In this document: positions 48,927 to 56,470 of the stretch, piece after piece | Numbering within the stretch: position 1 is the first letter of the stretch | How the letters are laid out: each line of letters begins with the position of its first letter | Notes under the pieces: model-generated | The model's input: the letters and a program-made list of their open reading frames with translations, nothing else | Told to the model about the DNA's origin: nothing | The model's database searches: none | Position numbers and translations under genes: made by a program | Source: an uncultured Candidatus Rokubacteria bacterium | GTDB lineage: Bacteria; Methylomirabilota; Methylomirabilia; Rokubacteriales; DASRDR01 | NCBI GenBank assembly: GCA_963805625.1 | Contig: CAWDVE010000020.1 | Coordinates: forward strand, 12,521-76,520 | DNA length: 64,000 bases | Direction of reading: 5' to 3'

Positions 48927-49313
48927 TCAGAGGCTGCGCTTCCGTCCCCGGAGTCCCCGCCGGCTTCCCTTGCGCTTGAACGACTTGCCCGGGGCGGGCC
49001 GGGATCGGTCGCCGGCCCCGCCTGAGCGGTTCGGGTCGAATGAACGCGGGCCGTCCCGCCGCGGCGGGCGGTCCTCGGCGGCATTCACCGTGAGCTTGCG
49101 CCCATCGACCTCGCGGTCATGAAAGAGCCGGATTGCCTCGGCCGCCTCGGCCTCGTTGCCGAACTGGACGAAGGCGAACCCCCGCGGGCGGCCGGTCTCG
49201 CGATCAGCGGGCAGGTAAACCTCGACGACGCTGCCGGCCTCGGACAGAAGCTGCGTGAGGGCATCTGCGGTGGTTCCGAGGTTCAGATTTCCGACGAAGA
49301 CACGGGCTGGAAT
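48927..49313 (-). CDS. RRM-type RNA-binding protein with an Arg/Gly-rich tail, apparent ATT start codon
   Basis: Absent from the ORF track. The minus frame reads (ATT)PARVFVGNLNLGTTADALTQLLSEAGSVVEVYLPADRETGRPRGFAFVQFGNEAEAAEAIRLFHDREVDGRKLTVNAAEDRPP...KRKGSRRGLRGRKRSL-stop (TGA at 48929-48927). RNP2 (VFVGNL) and RNP1 (RGFAFVQF) are intact. GGGAGGAG lies 7 nt upstream of the ATT, and an in-frame TGA lies 7 codons upstream. Confidence 0.7.
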   Translation of the reverse strand: MPARVFVGNLNLGTTADALTQLLSEAGSVVEVYLPADRETGRPRGFAFVQFGNEAEAAEAIRLFHDREVDGRKLTVNAAEDRPPRRDGPRSFDPNRSGGAGDRSRPAPGKSFKRKGSRRGLRGRKRSL

Positions 49314-49374
49314 GGCTGGTCTCCTCCCTGGTCAATCGGGTTGGTCGGTCTCGGTCCCCGTCGGGACAGATCGG

Positions 49375-49611
49375 TCAGTAGCCCTCACGCCGGGCCGCGC
49401 GGATCGCCTCGGCCGCCTTGATCTCCTCGGCGAACATCCCCACCTGGAGCGGACAGGGCGGCTCGTTCGCCTCGACGTACTGGCACTCCGACTGGTTGCA
49501 CTGGACGAAGTAGCCGGTGGGGCGCGTGAGGTGGGTCGGCCGCGTCAGCCGGATCATCACGGGCTCGGACACGACGGGGCACCAGAACTCGCGAGGGCGG
49601 GTCGCGCGCAT
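49375..49611 (-). CDS. Small Cys-containing hypothetical protein
   Basis: ATG at 49611 behind GAGAGG, within track ORF 49375..49626. MRATRPREFWCPVV...GYFVQCNQSECQYVEANEPPCPLQ. It sits between the two RRM genes. Confidence 0.45.
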   Translation of the reverse strand: MRATRPREFWCPVVSEPVMIRLTRPTHLTRPTGYFVQCNQSECQYVEANEPPCPLQVGMFAEEIKAAEAIRAARREGY

Positions 49612-49723
49612 GGGCGTGCCTCTCACCCTCGCCCGGCACGGCCTGCGGGTCGACGCCGCCCCCGGCCGTCGCGACGCCTCGGCCCCGGGCGCGACACCCG
49701 CGTGCAGCTCGTCGGGACCCGGC

Positions 49724-50011
49724 CTACCAACGGGGCGGGCGTCGCGATCCGCCGCCGCCGTTGCCCGGCGCCTTGGCCACGCTGACCAGGAGCTTGCGTC
49801 CCTCGAACATCTGATCGTTCAGCTTCGAGATCGCCTCCTGCGCCTCCGCCGCCGTGGACATTTCCACGAACCCGAAGCCCCGGGACTGGCCGGAGAAACG
49901 GTCGGTGACCACCGTCGCCGATTCGACCGTGCCACACTGGGCGAAGTACTCCCGAAGGCTGTCCGAGGTCGTCGAATACGAAAGCCCGCCGACGTAGAGC
50001 TTGGACGCCAT
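49724..50011 (-). CDS. RRM-type RNA-binding protein
   Basis: ATG at 50011, 6 nt after GGAGG. MASKLYVGGLSYSTT...DRFSGQSRGFGFVEM...GRKLLVSVAKAP. RNP1 and RNP2 are intact. Confidence 0.85.
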   Translation of the reverse strand: MASKLYVGGLSYSTTSDSLREYFAQCGTVESATVVTDRFSGQSRGFGFVEMSTAAEAQEAISKLNDQMFEGRKLLVSVAKAPGNGGGGSRRPPRW

Positions 50012-50304
50012 CGTGGCCTCCACTGGACCCTGGGTCCACCGTTTCCGCGACCTTGGTTCGCGCCCCGAACACGCGGAAGTGCTATCGGCGGCGAGGCTGG
50101 ATCCGTCCTCGAATCCGGCAAGAGTGCCATCGTGGAGAATAGCACACCCGTGGGCTGTCCTGGCGCCCGCGGAATGGCGTCTCCCGCAGACGGGCGCGGG
50201 CGGGCGGCGCCGTCGTCGATCGGGGCCGGTGCACGAAAACGCAAGCTCTGCAGGGGCTTAGGCGCCGCGGTCGGGCCCGGGCGCGCCCATCAGTCGCGCG
50301 GCCC

Positions 50305-51249
50305 CTACCCGCCGGCGACGCCCTGCGTGTTCACGTAGAGCGCGTAGAGCCCGTGGCTCGCCGCCATGAAGAGACGATTGCGGTAGCGGCCGCCGAAGCA
50401 CACATTCGCGCAGCGCTCGGGCAAATCGATGTGGCCGAGCGGCTGGCCGCTCGCGGAGAACACACGCACGCCATCCAACTCGGCATCGCCCATGCCCCAG
50501 CCGCACCACAGATTACCGTCGACGTCGATCCGGAACCCGTCGGGAGAGCCACCCGGCCCCGCATCGATCAGCACCTTGCCGGGCCCGAGCCGCGTGCCGT
50601 GGGCGGTCACGGCGTAGGCGAGGATGGTCCGGTTGGGCATGGTGCGCGAGGCCACCACGTAGAGGGTCTTCTCGTCGGGCGAGAAGGCGAGCCCGTTGGG
50701 ACCGGCGATGTCGTCGGCCATCACGGCGAGCTGGCCCGTCTTGCCGTCCAGCCGATAGACCGCCGGCGTGTTCTCCGACTCGTCCTTGTGGCCTTCGTAG
50801 TAGCCCAGGATGCCGAACACCGGGTCGGTGAACCATATCGAGCCGTCCTGCGCCACCACGACGTCATTCGGCGAGTTGAGCTTCCGGCCGTTGTAGGAAT
50901 CGACCAGGACCGTGATGCTGCCGTCATACTCCGTGCGCGTGATGCGCCGTGAATCGTGCTCGCAGGTAACGAGCCGGCCCTGGCGGTCGCGGGTGTTGCC
51001 GTTCGCGTTGTTGGACGGCTGGCGGAAGGCCGACACCGTCCCGGTCTCCTCGTCCCATCGCAGGATCCGGTTGTTCGGGATGTCGCTCCACAGGAGGTAG
51101 CGCCCGTCGCCGAACCACACTGGACCTTCCGACCACCGGCAACCCGTGAACAGCCGCTCGACGGAGGCCTGCGCCAGCCGGTACTTGCTGAACGCCGGAT
51201 CGAGCACCCGAACCGCCGGATCCGGATAGCGCTCGTTCGGTTGCCACAT
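50305..51249 (-). CDS. SMP-30/gluconolactonase/LRE family protein
   Basis: 314 aa. SEGPVW, NSPNDVVV..DGSIWFTDP, GPNGLAFSPDE and PDGFRIDVDGNLW are beta-propeller repeats. Confidence 0.85.
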   Translation of the reverse strand: MWQPNERYPDPAVRVLDPAFSKYRLAQASVERLFTGCRWSEGPVWFGDGRYLLWSDIPNNRILRWDEETGTVSAFRQPSNNANGNTRDRQGRLVTCEHDSRRITRTEYDGSITVLVDSYNGRKLNSPNDVVVAQDGSIWFTDPVFGILGYYEGHKDESENTPAVYRLDGKTGQLAVMADDIAGPNGLAFSPDEKTLYVVASRTMPNRTILAYAVTAHGTRLGPGKVLIDAGPGGSPDGFRIDVDGNLWCGWGMGDAELDGVRVFSASGQPLGHIDLPERCANVCFGGRYRNRLFMAASHGLYALYVNTQGVAGG

Positions 51250-51332
51250 GGTGTCGTCTCCCCCTGGCTTGGACCGACCCGAAGGACGCCAGGCTAAAGC
51301 AGATCGGGGGGCATTGCCGCCCCCCGACTGTG

Positions 51333-51378
51333 TGGTGAACCGTGAAGGAATCGAACCTTCAACCTACCGAGTCAGTTC
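51333..51378 (-). other. tRNA-like fragment C1: 5' acceptor strand fused to variable region, intact T arm, acceptor strand and CCA, followed by a GC hairpin (51303-51329)
   Basis: The minus strand reads GAACTGA-CTCGGTAGGTT-GAAGG-TTCGATT-CCTTC-ACGGTTC-ACCA, then CACAGTC TCGGGGGGCGGCAATGCCCCCCGA. It is homologous to the units at 52569-52643 and 54138-54217. Confidence 0.6.
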
Positions 51379-52076
51379 GCGCCGAAGCAGTAGAGCAGGC
51401 CGGCCCCGCCCGTGCTCACTAGATTCTGCTGGCTGCACCCATTGCTCAGGTGCACCGCATTCCACGAGGAGTTGGGACCGCCCAGCCGGTCGTGATGGCC
51501 GACCATGGCGCTCCCCGCAGCATTGCTCGTCCAGTTGCCGCAGGTGGTCACGTCGGGTCTGCCGATCAACGCACGTCCGTGCGAATCCGAACCTGTCAGG
51601 ATGTCGTGGACGTTGGGCGTGTCGCCCGATCCGTTGACTATCTCGCCCTTTTCGTTGAGGGCGATGGGCTTTCTGATGTTGTTGCGATCGCGCTGCGAGT
51701 CGCCATGCAGCTCATCGACGCTGGCCGCAATGATCACGCCCTTCGCGTTGTACCAGGGACCGCTGCCGATCCGGTCGCGCGCGTTGACGGGCAGCGTCGC
51801 GCCCGCAGCGGTCTGGCTGAGATACGCGCGCCATGTGCGATTGCCCGCTCCGGGGGCCTGCGCCAGCGTCTGGCAGTGCTTGTCGGCGCCCGCCAGAACG
51901 CCCAGGTTCGCACCATCGCCGAGGCCGACGCTGGTGACGAAAAAGCTCATCGGCTGCTGAGGAGCCTGCGCCTGTTGTGGTGGCGACTGCTGCGCCTGGG
52001 CGCCTGCAATCGCGGTAAGTGTCAACGTGGCGACCAGGAGGATCGCGGCGGATCCACTACGCGTCCTGGGCATCAC
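51372..52076 (-). CDS. Secreted hypothetical protein
   Basis: 234 aa with a signal peptide (AILLVATLTLTAIAGAQA), a Gln/Pro-rich linker and a conserved-looking body (FFVTSVGLGDGANLG..GADKHCQ..TWRAYLS). GC is lower than in the core genes. Its stop codon lies inside C1. Confidence 0.6.
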   Translation of the reverse strand: MMPRTRSGSAAILLVATLTLTAIAGAQAQQSPPQQAQAPQQPMSFFVTSVGLGDGANLGVLAGADKHCQTLAQAPGAGNRTWRAYLSQTAAGATLPVNARDRIGSGPWYNAKGVIIAASVDELHGDSQRDRNNIRKPIALNEKGEIVNGSGDTPNVHDILTGSDSHGRALIGRPDVTTCGNWTSNAAGSAMVGHHDRLGGPNSSWNAVHLSNGCSQQNLVSTGGAGLLYCFGAN

Positions 52077-52199
52077 TGTTCCTCCTTACGGTGATGGGTG
52101 TCGACCGAGCTCTCTGCGGAAACCCGGCTTCTGGCGAGCCTACTATAATCTTGACCACGCCGAGCTGCTGAATCCGCCGTCAGTCCCAGTCTGGCCCGA

Positions 52200-52445
52200 C
52201 CGTCGTCGTCGGGGGCGGCAGGACCTACCCAAGCGCCCGATCTACGACTTGCGGCACACATTCGCGACGACGCCCCTCCCGACGGGAGTGCCCATCACTT
52301 ACGTCGCCGCCCAGATGGGGCACACTAACCCGCGACGACCTTGCGGTTCTACGCATGGTGGCTCCCCAAGGAGGGGTGCCGCCACGTCGACTTGCTCCTC
52401 AGGCCCTCGGCCGAGCTCCCCAGGTGCCGCAGGTGCCGGAGGTGA
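52200..52445 (+). pseudogene. Tyrosine recombinase (phage-type integrase) C-terminal remnant, frameshifted
   Basis: IYDLRHTFATTPLPTGVPITYVAAQMGHTNP in the frame of ORF 52027..52476 continues in a shifted frame as LRFYAWWLPKEG. This is the box II / catalytic Tyr region only. No N-terminal or core-binding part is present. Confidence 0.55.
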
Positions 52446-52487
52446 CGTCGTGATATGCGCCACCGGAGACAGATGAGTTGCCGAATT

Positions 52488-52510
52488 AAAAAAAGGCACC
52501 GACGACGGTG
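52488..52510 (-). terminator. Intrinsic terminator-like hairpin plus U7 downstream of tRNA-like unit C2
   Basis: The minus strand reads CACCGTCGTCGGTGCC TTTTTTT. Confidence 0.5.
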
Positions 52511-52568
52511 TGGCCGAAACGGCCGTCAGCGAAAAGGAATCGGGGGGCGTCGCCGCCCCCCGACTGTG

Positions 52569-52643
52569 TCGTGAGCCGTGAAGGAATCGAGCCGTCAACC
52601 TACCGAGTGAGAGACCGGTGGGTGACCCCGGCCACTTCAGTTC
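52569..52643 (-). pseudogene. tRNA-like unit C2 (75 nt, degenerate cloverleaf, ends CGA instead of CCA) with a downstream GC hairpin (52539-52565)
   Basis: The minus strand reads GAACTGAAGTGGCCGGGGTCACCCACCGGTCTCTCACTCGGTAGGTTGACGGCTCGATTCCTTCACGGCTCACGA. It has a D-loop-like AGTGGCC..GG, a stem ACCGG/TCGGT around TCTCTCAC, a damaged T loop and two acceptor mismatches. Confidence 0.5.
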
Positions 52644-53016
52644 GCGCAGACCAAATGGTTTCACGGAGTTTCGCCGGCCCTCCCCTGCGCGGTTAGGCAG
52701 GCACGGCGCAGGTTCTCTGGACACAGATCCAATTCGATCCTCGCCCTTCTTGGCTCACCCTAGGAGCCAGAGGCGCGTCGGGCGGATCCTTCCGGCCGGC
52801 TCCCCCCGCCCAGGCCCGAGGCCGGAGGGCAGAAGCTGGTGAACGCACCCCAGTGCTGGCCCCGGCGCCCGTCAACTGGCTCTGGGCAGCTTCGCCCGCC
52901 CGGGCCAACGTCTGGCACATGGATTGCTCCTCATCTCGGGGGGCCCGCTGCACGGGCCCGACACGCTGGCAGACACATCGGGACACGGGGGCAGGCACCC
53001 GCGGGGAGGGCGGACA

Positions 53017-53445
53017 ATGACGTGGTGGATGGCCCTGAGCCTGGCAATCTCAGCCCTGAGCCTGGCGGGGTGCGGGAGCGGGGCCGAGGAAGCGGCCTGG
53101 AGCAAGGAGGCCGCCCAGTATGCGGTCTACGCGACCCGGATCGCGCTCTACCCAGGAACGAAGATCGAGGATGCGATGGGGTCCGAGCGGTACGGCTCCG
53201 ACCCCGGCTCCTACATCTATGGCATGACGTGGTGGTGCACGGCCCAGGCCACCCGGGATGAGCTCCGGACCTGGTATGAGGCGAAGCTCCCGACGGCACG
53301 ACGAGCCACCGACGACGATGGCTACCTCGTGTTCACGGTCGTTCCCGAGGGGGCAGCCCCGCGCGAGGTCATGGGCGTTCTCGTCGAGGGAAACGGCAAG
53401 TACCGGGTGTTCGAGCTTACCCGACAGAAGAAGGCCGGCACCTGA
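53017..53445 (+). CDS. Lipoprotein, unknown function
   Basis: ATG at 53017 behind GGGGAGGG, within track ORF 52924..53445. The lipobox is SLAGC. Confidence 0.55.
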   Translation: MTWWMALSLAISALSLAGCGSGAEEAAWSKEAAQYAVYATRIALYPGTKIEDAMGSERYGSDPGSYIYGMTWWCTAQATRDELRTWYEAKLPTARRATDDDGYLVFTVVPEGAAPREVMGVLVEGNGKYRVFELTRQKKAGT

Positions 53446-53541
53446 GCGGCGGCAAGTGCGGTGAGGGTGACCGCCACAGCGTCGAGACTGTCCTCAAGAA
53501 CCATCGCTGGGCGCTCGACTGGAGAGAACAGGAGATCCCAA

Positions 53542-53895
53542 ATGTCCCCCAGCACTTCGACGATTCCGCCCGCAGAGGCCCTGCGGATCCACTCACTCAT
53601 CACGCCCACCGAACAGGGGATTGCAAGCCGCGTGCTGGCGAGGACCACCGGGGGGAATATCACGCTCTTCGCCTTCGACGCGGGCCAGGGACTCACTGAG
53701 CACACGTCGCCGTTTGACGCGCTCGTCATGGTCCTCGAAGGCGCCCTCAACCTGACGATCGGCGGTACCGCCGTCCGCGCGACGCCCGGAACCATTGTTC
53801 GCATGCCGGCTGACGTGACGCATTCCGTCGAGGCGCCTGAGGCGGCTCGCATGCTGCTCATCATGGTGCGTGACCGAACGGAGGGGGGAGCGTAG
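53542..53895 (+). CDS. Cupin-domain protein
   Basis: ATG at 53542 behind GGAGA, within track ORF 53461..53895. GLTEHTSPFDALVMVLEG...G..VRMPADVTHSVEA is a two-motif cupin pattern. Confidence 0.7.
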   Translation: MSPSTSTIPPAEALRIHSLITPTEQGIASRVLARTTGGNITLFAFDAGQGLTEHTSPFDALVMVLEGALNLTIGGTAVRATPGTIVRMPADVTHSVEAPEAARMLLIMVRDRTEGGA

Positions 53896-54137
53896 TGGCG
53901 TACCCAGGATCGAGCGGACGCGGTGGCCCCTCCACCGGCGCCGGGGCTCGGCCCGTCGATCCTCCAAATCGCGACTGACGCGGGTCGACGCCGTGATCCA
54001 ATGACGCCTCCAGGCGGCTGAAGACGACCCGCGCCTGCTCTCGATCAGCCCCGAGGACCATCACCACGCCACGCTGACCCGGAGCGAGGGTGTCTATCGT
54101 AAAAGGGAATCGGGAGCGGCGCCGCCGCCCGACTGTG

Positions 54138-54217
54138 TGGTGAGCCGTGAAGACATCAAACCTTCGGCCTACTGATTGAGAAAACCGGCGGCGAGCGTGA
54201 CCCCTGCCCTCCAGTTC
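54138..54217 (-). pseudogene. tRNA-like unit C3 (80 nt, degenerate, CCA present) with a downstream GC hairpin (54108-54134)
   Basis: The minus strand reads GAACTGGAGGGCAGGGGTCACGCTCGCCGCCGGTTTTCTCAATCAGTAGGCCGAAGGTTTGATGTCTTCACGGCTCACCA. The T loop lacks the TTC signature. It shares a ~45-nt 5' flank with C2. Confidence 0.45.
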
Positions 54218-54278
54218 GCCGCAGACCAAGTGGTTTCACGGGTTTCGCCGGCTCGAAGGAGCGCTCGCTCTTCGAGAG

Positions 54279-55874
54279 CTAGGTCGGGCTCCTCCCGGGT
54301 CGCGCCGCCTCCCGTTCTGCCGTCCGGTCTTCCCCTTCGGCCCGGGCACTCGACTTCCGGATGTCGAGCATGTCATCGAGGCTGGATCTAGGGGTGAGGA
54401 GCGCGATCCGCCGGACGTGCTGAAGACGACCCACGATCTCGTAGATCCGTCTCGTCGCCGCAAGGCTCTCGTCGATCCGGCGGCGACCCGACACGGGGGT
54501 CTCCTTGGCCAAGAGCTGGAGCTGCCCCACGAGGATGGCGAGGGGATTGTTGATCTCGTGGGCAGCCGCAGCGGCCAGGCTTGCCACGGACCGGACGATG
54601 TCCCGCTCGTGGCGCGCTGCCTCTCCCTCGCGCCGCTCGGTGATGTCGCGTCCAATGGAGGAGGCGCCCACTATCCGACCGGCGCGATCCCGGACCGGTG
54701 ACACGGTGACCGACACCTCGATGCGTCGCCCGTCTTTCCGCATCCGCACGGTCTCGTAGTGATCGACGCGCTCGCCCCGGCGGATCTGCTCGAAGACCTT
54801 CGAAAGTTCGTCCGGTAACTCGGGTGGCACGATGAGGGAGACTGACTGGCCGATGGCTTCTTCGGCCGCGTAGCCGTAGAGGCGCTCGGCGCCCGGATTC
54901 CAGTGCGTGATGACACCGTCGACCGTCTCGCCGAGAATCGCGTCGTCCGAGGATCTTACGAGCTCGGCGACGCGGCTGAGCGCCGCTTCGGCCCGCTGCC
55001 GCTCCGCGACGACGGCGGCGAGCGGGACCGCCATGGCAGCCATGGTGACCATGTAGGCCTGGAGCAAGAGCAGCGACTCGTTCGGCGACTCCCTCACGAA
55101 AGGACCGAGCCCCCGCAGCGTGCCCCAGACCGCCACGCTTGACAACAGAGCGATCGCCGTCGCCGACTCGCGCGGACCGAAGCGGAACGCCGTCCACACC
55201 AGCGGCGGGCCGCACAAGAACGCCAGCCCATACAGCACCGGGAAGGGCCCATTGAACACCAAGGCCCCTACAAACACGATGCTCGCGAGCAGGAGCACGG
55301 CCTCAATGGCGCGCCCACGAGCCATACACGGCCGCGGGCTCGTGGCCCAAAGGATCAGGACGGGCGCGACAACCATGGCTCCCGCGACGTTGCCGAGCCA
55401 CCACGTCAGCCAGACGGCCCCGAAGCTCCCCCAGGGCAGGTAGCCTCCAACGGCGAGGCAGCCCACGCCCATCGTGGCGCTCACCGTCGTGCTCAGCAGT
55501 CCGGCTAATACGGCGAACTTGAAGATGTCCCGGGCGTTATCGAACGCGTTGTGGCCATTCGCGAAGCGCGTGACCAGCACCGCTCCCAAGACGCCTTCGA
55601 GCGTGTTCCCCGTGGCGATGCCGAGCGACGTCGCCACCGAGCCGGCGGTCGTGAGGTTAACGAGGAGCGCGCCGACGAAGATGGCGGGCCAAAAGCCAAT
55701 CCCGAAGATCAGCAGCGCCGCCAGCGCCAGGCCGGTCGGTGGCCAGACGGGCGAGGCGCTGACGTGGAGAAAGGCCACCAGGAGGCCCAGCTTGCCGGCG
55801 ACAAAGTACGTGCCGATCAATAGTCCCGCGCGGACCCAGGATGTGGAACGCTGCCGCGCGGGTTGCATCGCCAT
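54279..55874 (-). CDS. MASE1-PAS-HisKA sensor protein lacking a recognisable HATPase_c catalytic domain
   Basis: 531 aa. The N-terminal polytopic MASE1-like region is GKLGLLVAFLHVSASPVWPPTGLALAALL. The PAS region contains ITHWNPGAERLYGY. The H box is AAHEINNPLAIL. The ORF ends about 60 aa later. Confidence 0.75.
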   Translation of the reverse strand: MAMQPARQRSTSWVRAGLLIGTYFVAGKLGLLVAFLHVSASPVWPPTGLALAALLIFGIGFWPAIFVGALLVNLTTAGSVATSLGIATGNTLEGVLGAVLVTRFANGHNAFDNARDIFKFAVLAGLLSTTVSATMGVGCLAVGGYLPWGSFGAVWLTWWLGNVAGAMVVAPVLILWATSPRPCMARGRAIEAVLLLASIVFVGALVFNGPFPVLYGLAFLCGPPLVWTAFRFGPRESATAIALLSSVAVWGTLRGLGPFVRESPNESLLLLQAYMVTMAAMAVPLAAVVAERQRAEAALSRVAELVRSSDDAILGETVDGVITHWNPGAERLYGYAAEEAIGQSVSLIVPPELPDELSKVFEQIRRGERVDHYETVRMRKDGRRIEVSVTVSPVRDRAGRIVGASSIGRDITERREGEAARHERDIVRSVASLAAAAAHEINNPLAILVGQLQLLAKETPVSGRRRIDESLAATRRIYEIVGRLQHVRRIALLTPRSSLDDMLDIRKSSARAEGEDRTAEREAARPGRSPT

Positions 55875-56149
55875 TACGTTGACGATGCACCTTCCATGCC
55901 ACTCCAGGCGCCGACTCTTCGAGCGCTAGCGTCGATCTTTCCGTGGCTTTCCCTGGCAGGTAACGGCGCCTTCTGGGGCAAATCCCCACCCGCTTAGCCG
56001 GATTCCCTCACCCCCACCAGCGCCGCGGCCAGTTCCTCAGCGTCTTGGCCCGGTTCCCGGAAGCCGGCGCCGAGCTCAAGAAGATGCTGGCGGTCGCCCA
56101 GGCCGCGGGAGTACCGGCGGGGCGAGGGCCAGGCTAGCGCCGAGCCGGC

Positions 56150-56470
56150 GCTCGTCCACTATTCCACGCTGTCAGCCGACCACGTGCCCCACACGAAGCG
56201 GTTCGCCGAAAAAGCAGTGGCCATCGCCCGCGAGACGGGCGACCAGCACGTGCTGGCCCGGAGCCACTACCTGCTCGGCACGCTCGACCAGATTGGCGGG
56301 GATCTCGTGGAGGGCACCGCGAAGTTCGAGGAATCTCTCCGTATCGGCGAGAGGCACGGTTCAAGGACATCGTCGCCCCCGACCTCACGCAATTGGGGAT
56401 TCACACGAACTGGCGCGGCAACCTCAGACGGGCCCTGGACCTGTCCGCCCGCAGCGCCATCCACCCGGTC
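56150..56470 (+). pseudogene. TPR-type regulator fragment, split over at least two frames
   Basis: RFAEKAVAIARETGDQHVLARSHYLLGTLDQIGGDLVEGTAKFEESLRIGERHG continues after a frame change as FKDIVAPDLTQLGIHTNWRGNLRRALDLS. These are TPR-like repeats without N- or C-terminal context. Confidence 0.35.

Noticed and set aside
53966-54105. Phage terminase large-subunit remnant on the minus strand (VVMVLGADREQARVVF)
   Set aside because: The resemblance rests on about 15 residues, and the surrounding ORF runs through the tRNA-like unit. It is too weak for a feature and is mentioned only as part of the graveyard finding.
54138-54253. Reading C3 (and C2) as a single ~117-nt tRNA with a giant variable arm or as tRNA-Sec, starting at GAGCCGG
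   Set aside because: That is too long for any tRNA class, and no credible D or anticodon arms form. Starting at GAACTG(A/G) instead gives 75-80 nt cloverleaf-length units. The upstream similarity is better explained as a shared 5' flank.
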